Part shown: piece after piece, positions 1 through 9,382 of the stretch
Layout of the letters: each line of letters begins with the position of its first letter
How positions within the stretch are numbered: the first letter of the stretch is position 1
Source: Candidatus Cloacimonadota bacterium
GTDB lineage: Bacteria; Cloacimonadota; Cloacimonadia; Cloacimonadales; Cloacimonadaceae
Direction of reading: 5' to 3'
DNA length: 61,046 nt
NCBI GenBank assembly: GCA_020532355.1
Contig: JAJBBD010000138.1
Location: forward strand, 1 to 61,046
The notes under the pieces: generated by a model
The model's database searches: none
What the model saw: the letters and a program-made list of their open reading frames with translations, nothing else
What the model was told of the DNA's origin: nothing
Program-made: the position numbers and the translations under genes

Positions 1-176
1 ACTCTGGAAATAAAAAACTTGACAGAAAGCAAAGTAAAATTATCTTAGATAAACATGTAAGTATATATAGTAATAATAGCCTTTAGCAGTTTTTAGACTT
101 TACAATATGCCTAAACTAATACTGCTAAAGATAACGCTTATAAAGCATGATTTTATTTGAATAAGGAGAATAAACA

Positions 177-539
177 ATGAAACGCTTAATATTCTTCATT
201 TTAATCGTAGTGCTCTTTTTACTTGGCGCTTGTGACGATACCAAGGTAAAACTAACGGAAGTAAAAATGCAAGATCTGGTTGTTCCTGATAACTTCAATT
301 ATGAAATGAATAATCAGATAGATGTAAATTTACAAGGTGCATGGCGATTACCCGTCTACATCAAAACTACGGGCGGAAACCTTTTGTTTAAAGCACAAAT
401 GAACCCTGCATCCGGGATTAACACTAAGCTGATTCTTCCCAATACAATAAAAGAAGTTGTGGTTGAATACCAAACTTTTGCCGAAACGATCAATGTGTCT
501 GGAGGCAACTTAGATTTCAACTTCAGAGCAGAACAATAA
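177..539 (+). CDS. small putative lipoprotein (hypothetical)
   Basis: AAGGAG RBS about 8 nt upstream of the ATG. N-terminal signal peptide ends in a lipobox-like LLGAC. The stop lies 12 nt before the next gene. Confidence 0.5.
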   Translation: MKRLIFFILIVVLFLLGACDDTKVKLTEVKMQDLVVPDNFNYEMNNQIDVNLQGAWRLPVYIKTTGGNLLFKAQMNPASGINTKLILPNTIKEVVVEYQTFAETINVSGGNLDFNFRAEQ

Positions 540-551
540 GGGGGAGCATAA

Positions 552-2297
552 ATGAATAAAGTACTTTTGATAGTAACGTTTAGTCTCATCAGTTTTGCCC
601 TTTTTGCTCAAGGTACTATAGCTGTTTGGGGAAGCCCCCATAATCAAGTAGCCCGTAACGTTCCCGAAGGTGACGATTTCATTGATATCGCTGCCGGCAA
701 CAAATACGGTGTCGCCCTGCGTGCAGATGGCAGTGTTGTAACTTGGGGACAAGCAAACCAACTGGTAAATAATTCCCCTGCCGGCAACGATTTCGTTGCC
801 ATTTCTGCCGGAGATCAACACGCAGTAGCATTAAAAAATGATGGAACAGTAGTAGCTTGGGGTAGCAACTCCTATGGGCAACTTGAAGTCCCAACTAATA
901 GCGATATTGCTAAGGTAGCCTCCGGAATATATCATTCTGTTGCCTTGCGCACTAACGGAGAACTCGTTGCCTGGGGTAACAATAGCAATGGGCAATGCGA
1001 TGTACCATCTGGCACATTTATCGACGTAGCAGCCGGCAATACATTTTCATTAGGCATAGCTTCCAGTGGAGAAATTGTTGCTTGGGGACAGGGCTGGAAT
1101 AATGAGCTTAACGTTCCTAGCGGAAACGACTTTGTGCAGGTTTCGGCAAAGTTCCTCCACGCTATTGCCAGAAGAAGCAATGGTAGCATTGTAGCTTGGG
1201 GAAATAATACCGAAAACCTTAATGCTCCTACTACAGGTAACTACATCGATCTTGAAGCTGGCTGGCAAGGAAATGTTGCCATACGAGATGATGGAGAATT
1301 GGTAGCCTGGGCAAACCTTTGGGTGCTAAGAACCATTCCGGAATGGGTACAAGAACTAGATATCGTAAAAGTAAGCGGCGGCGATGCCTTCTTCCTTGGA
1401 CTTACTGGAGAATTTGGCGAAAGTGATGCCGATAGTGACGGGGTGGCAGATTCTATGGATTCCTATCCCGATGATCCCCTACGCGCCTACAATCTTAGTT
1501 ATCCGCTAGAATCAGCTACCGGATGGGGCACACTGGCATACGAAGACTTGTGGCCTCAAAAAGGTGATTACGATCTAAACGACTTGGTGCTTGATTATAA
1601 GATCAGCCTTGTCTTAGACGCCGAGATGAAAGTGAAGGATATTCAAGGAGATTTTATGCTGCGCGCTGTAGGTGCATCAAAACTTAATGCATTTGCCATC
1701 GAATTCCCCTTCCCCACCTCCAATATCGATATTCCTAATTCTACCTTAGGTGTTGGAGATGGTTCAGAATACTCGATGCCGGTAATTGAGGCCGGAACAA
1801 ATAGTATTCTTAAGGTTATTTCTTCTACAGCGGATTTTGTGAATGTTCCCGGAAATGGTGTGTACTGGAATACTCAGATGGAACAGCCCTATTTTGATCC
1901 TATCCCTATTAGTTTCGAAATTACTCTCATCGAAGCCTTAGATCAAACCACATTACCCTTCTGGGGCTTTTGGAATCCATATTTGATGGTAGATCGAATT
2001 GATGGACATGAAGTCCATTTACCCGGATATCCTCCTACAGTTCTTGCCAATGAAGAGCTTTTTGGTGAGGAAGACGACACTACAAATCCTGAAATGAACA
2101 GATATTATAAAACAGCCTCAAACCTGCCTTGGGCACTTGATTTGCCAATACACTGGAAATATCCCATCGAAATGAAGGAAATCAGCCAAGCATATTATAG
2201 ATTTGCTCCTTGGGCTGAAAGTGGCGGAACCATTTACCAGGATTGGTATGACCTTGGCACCGGAGATTTAAATCTGGATTTTATTTACGATAGATAA
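552..2297 (+). CDS. secreted RCC1-repeat beta-propeller protein with C-terminal LruC (DUF4842) domain
   Basis: Signal peptide. Seven RCC1-like repeats each ending in a V(A/T/V)WG-type motif (IAVWGSP, VVTWGQA, VVAWGSN, LVAWGNN, IVAWGQG, IVAWGNN, LVAWANL). Asp-rich DADSDGVADSMDSYPDDP linker. LruC-type motif AYEDLWPQKGDYDLNDLVLDY. Confidence 0.8.
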   Translation: MNKVLLIVTFSLISFALFAQGTIAVWGSPHNQVARNVPEGDDFIDIAAGNKYGVALRADGSVVTWGQANQLVNNSPAGNDFVAISAGDQHAVALKNDGTVVAWGSNSYGQLEVPTNSDIAKVASGIYHSVALRTNGELVAWGNNSNGQCDVPSGTFIDVAAGNTFSLGIASSGEIVAWGQGWNNELNVPSGNDFVQVSAKFLHAIARRSNGSIVAWGNNTENLNAPTTGNYIDLEAGWQGNVAIRDDGELVAWANLWVLRTIPEWVQELDIVKVSGGDAFFLGLTGEFGESDADSDGVADSMDSYPDDPLRAYNLSYPLESATGWGTLAYEDLWPQKGDYDLNDLVLDYKISLVLDAEMKVKDIQGDFMLRAVGASKLNAFAIEFPFPTSNIDIPNSTLGVGDGSEYSMPVIEAGTNSILKVISSTADFVNVPGNGVYWNTQMEQPYFDPIPISFEITLIEALDQTTLPFWGFWNPYLMVDRIDGHEVHLPGYPPTVLANEELFGEEDDTTNPEMNRYYKTASNLPWALDLPIHWKYPIEMKEISQAYYRFAPWAESGGTIYQDWYDLGTGDLNLDFIYDR

Positions 2298-2320
2298 ATT
2301 TAGCCTCAAACTATAAAAAA

Positions 2321-2349
2321 CACCCCGGTTTTTTGGACTGGGGTTTTTT
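2321..2349 (+). terminator. rho-independent terminator after the RCC1/LruC gene
   Basis: CCCCGG-tttttgga-CTGGGG stem (one G-U pair) followed by TTTTTT. Confidence 0.6.
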
Positions 2350-2404
2350 CTATACTTAGTATCTCTTCGGCACTTTATTAAACATAGTAGCCGACTGCTG
2401 TCCC

Positions 2405-2582
2405 CTTATGACTCACATGATGCAGAACAAGACAGTTTAATAATTGGGGCATGGAGCAAAGCCCCATACTACAAGGATGGTTGGTGGGCATAACTACGAT
2501 CAAAAGGCTCACCAAGCCGATGTTTGGTGCAGAATAATCTGCTAAATATGGATGTACAACGGTCTCATGACAGTCTATTGGA
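2405..2582 (+). repeat. dispersed intergenic repeat, copy A (reference orientation)
   Basis: Shares the blocks GACAGTTTAATAATTGGGGCATGG, CCCATACTACAAGG, GGTGGGCATA.CTACGATC...GC.CACCAA.CCGA and ATATGGATGT.CAAC.GTCTC with the copies at 9119, 10651 and 44079. Contains hairpins GGGGC/GCCCC and GGTTGGTGGGC/GCTCACCAAGCC. Confidence 0.8.
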
Positions 2583-2687
2583 ACTCTCTTGGGCTTCGTT
2601 CAAGAAGAATTTATGCGACTTATTGGAAGATTATATCCCAAATAAGGAAGTGGGGATGAATGTATAATTACAGAGGAGATTACAAGC

Positions 2688-2714
2688 AAAAAAAAAGAGG
2701 ATCCGAAGACCCTC
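2688..2714 (-). terminator. rho-independent terminator after the MBL-fold hydrolase gene
   Basis: The minus strand reads GAGGGTC-ttcg-GATCCTC followed by nine T. Confidence 0.75.
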
Positions 2715-2725
2715 AAATAAGTAAT

Positions 2726-3523
2726 TCACACTCTAAGCGAGTTGATGGGAATCTCCCACTCTCGAGTATCGTGATCCAAGAGCAGTGTTCCGTTTTTAGC
2801 TTTTAGGCGGTCATAGATCTGCCGTTTAGCTTTAACGGTATCTTGACGGCATACATCATAGGCAGATGTTATCGCCAATGAAGTGTGAAATTTTGTGGCT
2901 ATGATGTCTCCGGCATAGATGTAAAATGCCTCAGGGCTGTCAATTTGCACATATTGACTGCCGACGGTATGCCCCCCGGCTTTTACACAAGATATCTCTG
3001 GATATATCTCTGCTTCCCCATCAATGAGCTGTACATCACCTTTTTGTTCCAACAAGCTTAGTTGATAATCGAAATCATAGGCAGCCTTGTTTAGTCGATC
3101 TGGGCTTTTTGCTATTTCCCATTCGTCTTTCTGAATCCAATACTTTGCTTTGGGAAAAGTTAAGGCATGGTGATCTTTAAAACCGGTAATGATACCACCG
3201 GCATGGTCGAAATGGAGATGTGTCATAACAACATCTGTTATATCTGTATCCTTATAACCAAGCTCTGATAATGAATAGGGCAAAGTAAATTCACTCGGTT
3301 GATAGATATCCCGCTGCTTCTCACTGAATCTGTTCCCCAAGCCTGTATCCACCAATATCCTTTTTTTATCGCAGACGATGAGGAGTAAATTCAAATCCAT
3401 CTTTTGTCGACGACGCTCATCCGTTGTTATCTTATCTTTCCAAATTGCGTAGGGCAAAACACCCATCAAAGCACCGCCATCAGACCAATAATTCCCAGCG
3501 TATACTTTGAAAATCTTTGTCAT
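2726..3523 (-). CDS. MBL-fold metallo-hydrolase
   Basis: THLHFDHAGG metallo-beta-lactamase motif. Downstream His/Asp positions (GGHTVGS, LLLDHD). Confidence 0.8.
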   Translation of the reverse strand: MTKIFKVYAGNYWSDGGALMGVLPYAIWKDKITTDERRRQKMDLNLLLIVCDKKRILVDTGLGNRFSEKQRDIYQPSEFTLPYSLSELGYKDTDITDVVMTHLHFDHAGGIITGFKDHHALTFPKAKYWIQKDEWEIAKSPDRLNKAAYDFDYQLSLLEQKGDVQLIDGEAEIYPEISCVKAGGHTVGSQYVQIDSPEAFYIYAGDIIATKFHTSLAITSAYDVCRQDTVKAKRQIYDRLKAKNGTLLLDHDTREWEIPINSLRV

Positions 3524-4419
3524 TATGAATCTCCACCTTGCGTTTTATTGTTTTTTCGGCGCGGTCGATAGTTAGATTTTCGGGGTGGTTTGGGGGAAGG
3601 CTCTGGTTTGTCCTTAGCAGTATCGCTTGTTTTGGCAACAGCTGATGGTTTATTCTCTGTTTTCTTTTGAGGACGGCGATTGCGTTTGGGGCGAACTGAA
3701 GTACTAACGTTTTCTTTTACTACAGTATCTTTTACTTTGGTTTCATTTTCTTTGGCTTGAGTTGGTTTGGGGTTTTTGAGAACTTCACTCTCTTTTTGTT
3801 TGGCAGAAAAAACGACAATACGCTTGATTTCACCTTCACCAATTGTGAGAGTTTTTAGCCCTCTTTGTTTTTCGATATGACGATGGATAATCCTGCGTTC
3901 TGCCGGATTCATTGGCTCTAAAGTTATTGCCTTCCCATTAAGTTTGATCTTTTTAAACTGGGGTAAAAACTTGTCTAAAAACTGGTTCTCCTTGCGCTGT
4001 CGATATCCGTTCGCATCCACATAGATGCGTTCAAAAGTGTTATCAGATTCAAACACGCGATTTATGAAATATTGAATAGTTTCCAGCATTGAGCCATTTT
4101 TCCCGATAACAAAACCGGTTTCTACTATACCCTCAATTGTAATAAAAAGAGTTTTGCCCTCTTTTCTGGTTTTCATTTTAGCAAAGCTTATACCCATTTT
4201 GCTTAGTAGTGTTTCTAGAAAGAGGCGGATTCTATCTTCAGGTTCGGGAAGCTGGAAGCGCACTAGAGCAATCTTATTGGCAAAAAGCCCTAAGAATCCC
4301 TTACTGGGTTTTTTTATGATTTCATAGTGAAGCTCATGATCACTAATATTGTGCTCACGGCGAAAGTTGCGGATGATCTCTTCAACAGAGACTCCGCTTT
4401 TATCGATTGTTGTCATCAA
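3523..4419 (-). CDS. jag: Jag/KhpB-type RNA-binding protein (Jag_N-KH-R3H) with a long basic C-terminal tail
   Basis: R3H motif region PMNPAERRIIHRHIE. Position directly downstream of yidC. The last ~100 aa are Lys/Pro/Arg-rich. Confidence 0.8.
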   Translation of the reverse strand: MMTTIDKSGVSVEEIIRNFRREHNISDHELHYEIIKKPSKGFLGLFANKIALVRFQLPEPEDRIRLFLETLLSKMGISFAKMKTRKEGKTLFITIEGIVETGFVIGKNGSMLETIQYFINRVFESDNTFERIYVDANGYRQRKENQFLDKFLPQFKKIKLNGKAITLEPMNPAERRIIHRHIEKQRGLKTLTIGEGEIKRIVVFSAKQKESEVLKNPKPTQAKENETKVKDTVVKENVSTSVRPKRNRRPQKKTENKPSAVAKTSDTAKDKPEPSPKPPRKSNYRPRRKNNKTQGGDS

Positions 4420-4420
4420 A

Positions 4421-6097
4421 CTATTCCTTATTATGTCTTTTTAGCAGATAGTACTGCTGAATCACCGAAAAGATATTGAACACTGTCCAGTATAAAACCA
4501 ATCCAGCCGGCATATTACGAAAGATGAAGAACATCATGATCGGCATCATCCAAGTCATCATCTTCTGAGAAGACTGAGCCGCCTTCTGTTTATCGTCCAT
4601 ATCTTCGGTTTGTATTTTTTTAGGTTGCATCATTAGGGATTGGATAATCATAAATAGCCCCATAATGATGGGAAGAATCATGTAAGGATCCGGCTCAGAA
4701 AGATCCTTTAACCAAAATATAAAACCTGCATTACGCATATCCAGAGAATAACGTAACACATTGTAAAGGGCAAAAAAAATGGGCATTTGCAATAGCAATG
4801 GTAAACATCCAGATAGTGGGTTTGCGCCAGCTTCTTTGTAAAGTTTGCTCATTTCAAGCTGAAGAGTTTTAGGATCATCCTTATACTTCTTTTGCAGATA
4901 TTGCATTTGCGGCTGAATCTTCTGCATTTTGAGCGATGCATCCATGCTTTTATGGGTAAGAGGATGCAGTATGATTTTGATTACAAGCGCAAGAATTAAT
5001 ATCACAACTCCGTAATTCTGGATGTAGCCATGTAACCAGCTAAGGAACCACGCTATGATATTAGCCAACCAGCGTAGCCAAGAAGCACCCCTCTCGGCAA
5101 TGTTTTCCATCTGTCTTCCATAAGACTTCAGGATTTTCGCATCGGCTGGACCGGCATACAACACAAAGCTTTGTTGCCAATTTGCTTTAGATTCTGCACT
5201 AAAGCTATCGATGGCAAAGCCCGGATTACCGGTATCGGCATTTATCTGTGTGTTAAAACTCTTGCTTAGGGGAGGCTCGTTTTCTTTTAAAGCCAGAGTG
5301 AAATACTTACTTCGTACCGCAGACCATGCATAGCTGCCAAAGCTACCCTGAGGTGGGTTTTTACGCATTTTAGAAAGCGTAACTTTCAGGATTTCGTTAT
5401 CGGCATACAAATAGAATCGATAGTCTTGTGCCTTGCTCTTAGTATTATTCTCGCTATCCGCAATTCCTGCCAGTAGATCATAACGTACACCATTTACGCT
5501 ACCCATGTTTTGGATATTCGTATCCATTATAATGCCATATTGCTCATCAAGTCGATAAACTCTTTTTACTACTGCATCGTTGGCACTGGCTAAACTGAAT
5601 TCTATGCTTCGAGATTGTTCATTTAGCGTATAATTAAAATTGTAAGCACTCAAATCTATTGTATTTCCGCCACTGTAGATATTGGCTCCGAGTATTTGTG
5701 CGTGATTGGGAATAAGATCTACCAAGTTTTCGGGACCGAAATCGAAATGCTTTAACTGGATGGAATTAATCACCGCTCCCTTTGTGTTAAAACCTACCTT
5801 GATGTTTTCATTCTCTAAAAAAAGGATCTCAGCTTCGGCGCTTTGGATAAACAGACTATCAACATTCACTGTTGCAGCAAGAGCTTGATCTGTACTATCG
5901 GTAATAGTATTGTGGGGGCTTTGAGAACTTTGTGGGCTTTCCACAACTTCGCTGTTTTGCGTGGCAATGCGGGCATTATCGCGTCGTGGTTTCCAAACAA
6001 AATGATCGAAAACCAGATACAACACTAGCATCATAAGTAAAGCGGTGATAGTACGTTTATCCAAGCTTATCTCCTTAGGGAAGAGGATCGTATCCAC
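4421..6097 (-). CDS. yidC: membrane protein insertase YidC
   Basis: N-terminal TM, large periplasmic domain, and a conserved C-terminal core ([24 protein letters not shown]). Sits in the rnpA-yidD-yidC context. Confidence 0.9.
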   Translation of the reverse strand: MDTILFPKEISLDKRTITALLMMLVLYLVFDHFVWKPRRDNARIATQNSEVVESPQSSQSPHNTITDSTDQALAATVNVDSLFIQSAEAEILFLENENIKVGFNTKGAVINSIQLKHFDFGPENLVDLIPNHAQILGANIYSGGNTIDLSAYNFNYTLNEQSRSIEFSLASANDAVVKRVYRLDEQYGIIMDTNIQNMGSVNGVRYDLLAGIADSENNTKSKAQDYRFYLYADNEILKVTLSKMRKNPPQGSFGSYAWSAVRSKYFTLALKENEPPLSKSFNTQINADTGNPGFAIDSFSAESKANWQQSFVLYAGPADAKILKSYGRQMENIAERGASWLRWLANIIAWFLSWLHGYIQNYGVVILILALVIKIILHPLTHKSMDASLKMQKIQPQMQYLQKKYKDDPKTLQLEMSKLYKEAGANPLSGCLPLLLQMPIFFALYNVLRYSLDMRNAGFIFWLKDLSEPDPYMILPIIMGLFMIIQSLMMQPKKIQTEDMDDKQKAAQSSQKMMTWMMPIMMFFIFRNMPAGLVLYWTVFNIFSVIQQYYLLKRHNKE

Positions 6098-6317
6098 CCT
6101 TACAGAAAGGGTTGCAACGCAATATCCGCCAAGAACTTAAATATGTAGCCTTAAGCAGATTATAGCGTTGATACGCCTGTAATGCGTAGGTGGAACATGT
6201 GGGGGTAAAACGGCAAGTCTTAGGTAAAAATGGCGATATACTTAACTGGTAAAATCGAATTAGCATCATAATTAGTTGCGCTGGAATGCTCACAATAAAA
6301 TGTAGTTTTATAAGCAT
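6075..6317 (-). CDS. yidD: membrane protein insertion efficiency factor YidD
   Basis: [11 protein letters not shown] ... [12 protein letters not shown] motifs typical of YidD. Confidence 0.9.
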   Translation of the reverse strand: MLIKLHFIVSIPAQLIMMLIRFYQLSISPFLPKTCRFTPTCSTYALQAYQRYNLLKATYLSSWRILRCNPFCKGGYDPLP

Positions 6318-6622
6318 TGCATCATGTCTCCGAGATGCTCACATAGTTGCTGCCAATTAAGGCTGGCAGCACCCGGTTTTGCAATTATATTCATCTTCAA
6401 ATGAGAGGGTAAATTGTTTTCGTGTTCCCGAAACCAAGCCTTCATTCTTCGCTTCAGTCGATTTCTTGATGCCGCATTTGATACTTTTTTGCTGATTGTA
6501 ATACCCAGTGCCGGACCGATAGAATATGGCAAGATGGGTATATAGAAATACTCTGTCCGAATCGCTTTTTCCGCGCGGGTAAACTCCATATATTCCTGAT
6601 GATCTCTGATCCATCGGATCAT
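6308..6622 (-). CDS. rnpA: ribonuclease P protein component
   Basis: Basic RnpA motif [19 protein letters not shown]. Located between rpmH and yidD. Confidence 0.85.
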   Translation of the reverse strand: MIRWIRDHQEYMEFTRAEKAIRTEYFYIPILPYSIGPALGITISKKVSNAASRNRLKRRMKAWFREHENNLPSHLKMNIIAKPGAASLNWQQLCEHLGDMMQCL

Positions 6623-6625
6623 GAT

Positions 6626-6760
6626 TTATACGCAGAGAGACTTTCTCCCTTTGGCTCTGCGACGGGCTAATACCTTACGACCGTTCCTGGTAGCCATGCG
6701 ACTACGGAAACCATGGGTATTCTTACGAGATCTGTTTGAGGGCTGGTAAGTCCTTTTCAT
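6626..6760 (-). CDS. rpmH: 50S ribosomal protein L34
   Basis: Translated by hand because it is below the ORF-track length cutoff: [44 protein letters not shown] (44 aa). Canonical L34 sequence and position upstream of rnpA. GGAG-containing RBS upstream. Confidence 0.9.
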   Translation of the reverse strand: MKRTYQPSNRSRKNTHGFRSRMATRNGRKVLARRRAKGRKSLCV

Positions 6761-6844
6761 TTATCTATTCTCCTTTGAATTTCACTATTTTCGATTAGAT
6801 TGTCAGGATTTTTTAATAGGCTATTAAGTCAAGGGATTTCATGC

Positions 6845-6874
6845 AAAAAAGGGCGAAAGCAATAACTTCCGCCC
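6845..6874 (-). terminator. rho-independent terminator after trxA
   Basis: The minus strand reads GGGCGGAA-gttattgc-TTTCGCCC followed by TTTTTT. Confidence 0.7.
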
Positions 6875-6894
6875 ATTCTTTCTTGTGAATCTTC

Positions 6895-7215
6895 CTAAAG
6901 AAGCGGATTCAACTTGTCCATTATCTTTCCTTTTTGAACTAATCCTACCAGTTGGTCGCTAATCACACCATCTTTGAAGATTAGTAATGTCGGGATGGAC
7001 ATAATGGAATACTTCCCGGCAATATCTGGACTTTCGTCTATATTCACCTTGCAGATTTTTACCTTGCCCTCCATTTCGTCGGTAAGCTTTTGGATAATAG
7101 GCAATAAGGCTTTACAAGGACCGCACCAGGGAGCCCAAAAGTCCACCAATACCGGTATATCGGATTTTAAAACTTCTGCCTCAAAGGTATCGGTCTTTAC
7201 TTCTATAATAGCCAT
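6895..7215 (-). CDS. trxA: thioredoxin
   Basis: WAPWCGPCK active site. 106 aa. Confidence 0.9.
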   Translation of the reverse strand: MAIIEVKTDTFEAEVLKSDIPVLVDFWAPWCGPCKALLPIIQKLTDEMEGKVKICKVNIDESPDIAGKYSIMSIPTLLIFKDGVISDQLVGLVQKGKIMDKLNPLL

Positions 7216-7221
7216 AATGCT

Positions 7222-7506
7222 CTACTCGACTACTGCTAAGATGTCACTCTTGGATAGAATGAGATATTTTTCGCCATCAAGCTCGATTTCAGTGCCGGCA
7301 TATTTGCCATAAAGCACCTTGTCGCCTACTTTTACTATCTTTTGCAGGTCCTCATCGGTGCCTACGGCAATGATCTCTGCTATCTGTGGCTTTTCTTTGG
7401 CGGTATCCGGAATAATGATTCCGCCGATTTTCTTTTCTTCGGCTGCCGTGGCTATCTTTACCACAACATGATCTTCAATAGGTCTCAGTTTCATATTAAC
7501 CTCCAT
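7222..7506 (-). CDS. groES: co-chaperonin GroES
   Basis: [11 protein letters not shown] ... [14 protein letters not shown] ... [13 protein letters not shown], typical Cpn10. 94 aa. Confidence 0.9.
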   Translation of the reverse strand: MEVNMKLRPIEDHVVVKIATAAEEKKIGGIIIPDTAKEKPQIAEIIAVGTDEDLQKIVKVGDKVLYGKYAGTEIELDGEKYLILSKSDILAVVE

Positions 7507-7553
7507 AGTTTTACGTAAGATTCCTATGCATTATAATAGTCAATTTCTTGTTC

Positions 7554-7580
7554 TTAGCAAACACTTTTTTGGAGTGCTAA
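7554..7580 (-). promoter_or_regulatory. CIRCE (HrcA operator) inverted repeat upstream of groES
   Basis: TTAGCAAAC-N9-GAGTGCTAA versus the consensus TTAGCACTC-N9-GAGTGCTAA. It lies 48-74 nt upstream of the groES start. A TATAAT hexamer on the minus strand (7530-7535) lies between it and the gene. Confidence 0.8.
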
Positions 7581-8028
7581 TTTTTGTCAAGACTAAATGA
7601 CTTAATTGGGTTTCTTCATATAAGAATATAACAAGTCACTCAATTTTTAAACATAACAATGCAAAAGGATGCAAAAGAAAAAGTAAAGTGTATAACATCT
7701 CCCAAACAGCAATAAACACAGCCGCTAATCCTTATTGTGGCCAATCACAGGCATTTTTACAGTTGACGAATATCAACAAGCTGCAGATGGATAGTTTCGT
7801 TCATGACAAAGAAGTTTTTTTTCTTGAAAGCGAGTATGGCAAAAGCTTCGAATCTCTTCATTGCATTTTTTAAAAAGATATCATTTCCTCAAATATGGCG
7901 GCAAATGAGTGGAAGATCAGCAGGTCATAATTCTATTTTTGAAAAGTAAGGGATGCCTGTGGCATTTTAAGCTTGACAAAACCTTCGATACTATTATGAA
8001 TATTTTTAATAAAAATATGGAGTGATTT

Positions 8029-8490
8029 ATGCGTACACTTGCAAACATTATCTGGCACTTCCCGTTCTTCGGGTTTATTTCTGCATTGGGTGTATTTTTA
8101 GTTGGTGGGTTATTTGTTATAACGGTAATTGGGGCTCCTATTGGCTTAGGTTTGATCCAGTTGAGTAAATTTTTGTTGTCTCCATTTAGCAGTTCTATGG
8201 TTAGCAAATCTGACTTGAGCATAGAACAAAACAAAGCATGGAAAACATTTGGAATTATCGCAACTATTGTGTATATTCCTTTTGGTCTAGTGCTTTGTGT
8301 TGTTACTGTCTGCCAGATTGCGGGTTTGTTTATTTCTATTATCGGCATTCCTATTGCTTTAGTGCTTGCAAAGAGTCTTGGGACATATTTTAATCCGGTT
8401 AATAAAGTCTGTGTTCCAGTGTCAGTTGCCAAAGAGCTTGAGAATCGCAAAGCCAATGCTGATGTAGATAAATATCTGAACAAACAATAA
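8029..8490 (+). CDS. YccF-family inner membrane protein
   Basis: MRTLANIIWHFPFFGF... and the repeated (V/I)IG(A/I)PIGL/IALV motifs are characteristic of YccF domains. A possible TTGACA (7973-7978) / TATGAAT promoter lies upstream. Confidence 0.75.
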   Translation: MRTLANIIWHFPFFGFISALGVFLVGGLFVITVIGAPIGLGLIQLSKFLLSPFSSSMVSKSDLSIEQNKAWKTFGIIATIVYIPFGLVLCVVTVCQIAGLFISIIGIPIALVLAKSLGTYFNPVNKVCVPVSVAKELENRKANADVDKYLNKQ

Positions 8491-9118
8491 CCCAAAATTA
8501 CTCAGTAATTCTTAATCAATAACTCTGTCTCAGCCTGCAAAACACTGTAGATGGTGAATTGTGCTTAGACTTCATCAATGACTAAGTCTTGGTAGATTAT
8601 GCGTATGCAAGAGTCATTATTGTAAGATAACGGAAACTACCCTTCGATAGTCCCCGTGCGCTTGCAAGTTATTCATGCTTATTTAATATGTTTGTGCCTT
8701 ATTACCTTAAAGAGTCAGGGAAATCGCCAATTCCGTACACCGGTTTTGCAATATTAAATGCAATATTATTCTATCCATTTATCGCCATTTGTAAATTTGG
8801 GTAAATCTTTATACGATAACTAGAACCCCACAGTTTCAAGCATATATTAGCGATAGTTCCTCCTGCCATTATCCTGCCGATATAGCAGAATATCCGCCTA
8901 AACCTTAGTTATTTATTCGCTAAGGCATGAGGGTGAGAGGCGGATTGTTTAGTGCTTAAAGCTATTGGTTTCTAAGTTAGCAAAAACCAAGCTGTCATTG
9001 TTGATACTTCTCTCTTCACGAAGTTTTCAAGCCTTTTTTATCATTACTTAAGATCTGCTGATGAATTGATCAAGGCCCAAACTGTGATCATTCCTTATCT
9101 TGGTGATATTTATTATAA

Positions 9119-9266
9119 CCAATTAGAGTCTGTTGCACATCCAGATATAACAGACTTATATGCACGAGATCTCGGTTTGGTGGGCTTTATCAGATCGTAG
9201 CTATGCCCACCCACACACTTGTAGTATGGGAATCCCCCTTCCCCATGCCCAGATTACTCAACCGTC
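9119..9266 (-). repeat. dispersed intergenic repeat, copy C (inverted orientation)
   Basis: The reverse complement aligns with copy A over essentially its full length: GACGGTTGAGTAATCTGGGCATGG, CCCATACTACAAG, GGTGGGCATAGCTACGATC..AAAGCCCACCAAACCGAGATC, GGATGTGCAACAGACTC. Confidence 0.8.
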
Positions 9267-9382
9267 ATAATTATATAATTGAGAGCGACACCTCGAACTG
9301 ACTGAATAATATTTAGATAAGGAATAGAAATTGCTTCATAAATATAGGTGTTACATTGTCATCCCGAGCGAAGGAGGATATC

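Noticed and set aside
2451-2537. 28-aa ORF inside repeat copy A (MEQSPILQGWLVGITTIKRLTKPMFGAE)
   Set aside because: The corresponding segment of copy C is read in a different frame and terminates early, and copy D lacks the start region. Conservation is at the nucleotide level, not the peptide level.
7917-8495. 192-aa minus-strand ORF
   Set aside because: It overlaps the plus-strand YccF-family gene, whose translation carries clear family motifs. The minus-strand product has none.
9356-9382. TTG-initiated N-terminal extension of the BNR/T9SS ORF
   Set aside because: The extension contains the AAGGAGGA RBS that serves the ATG at 9383, and the signal peptide starts right after that ATG.
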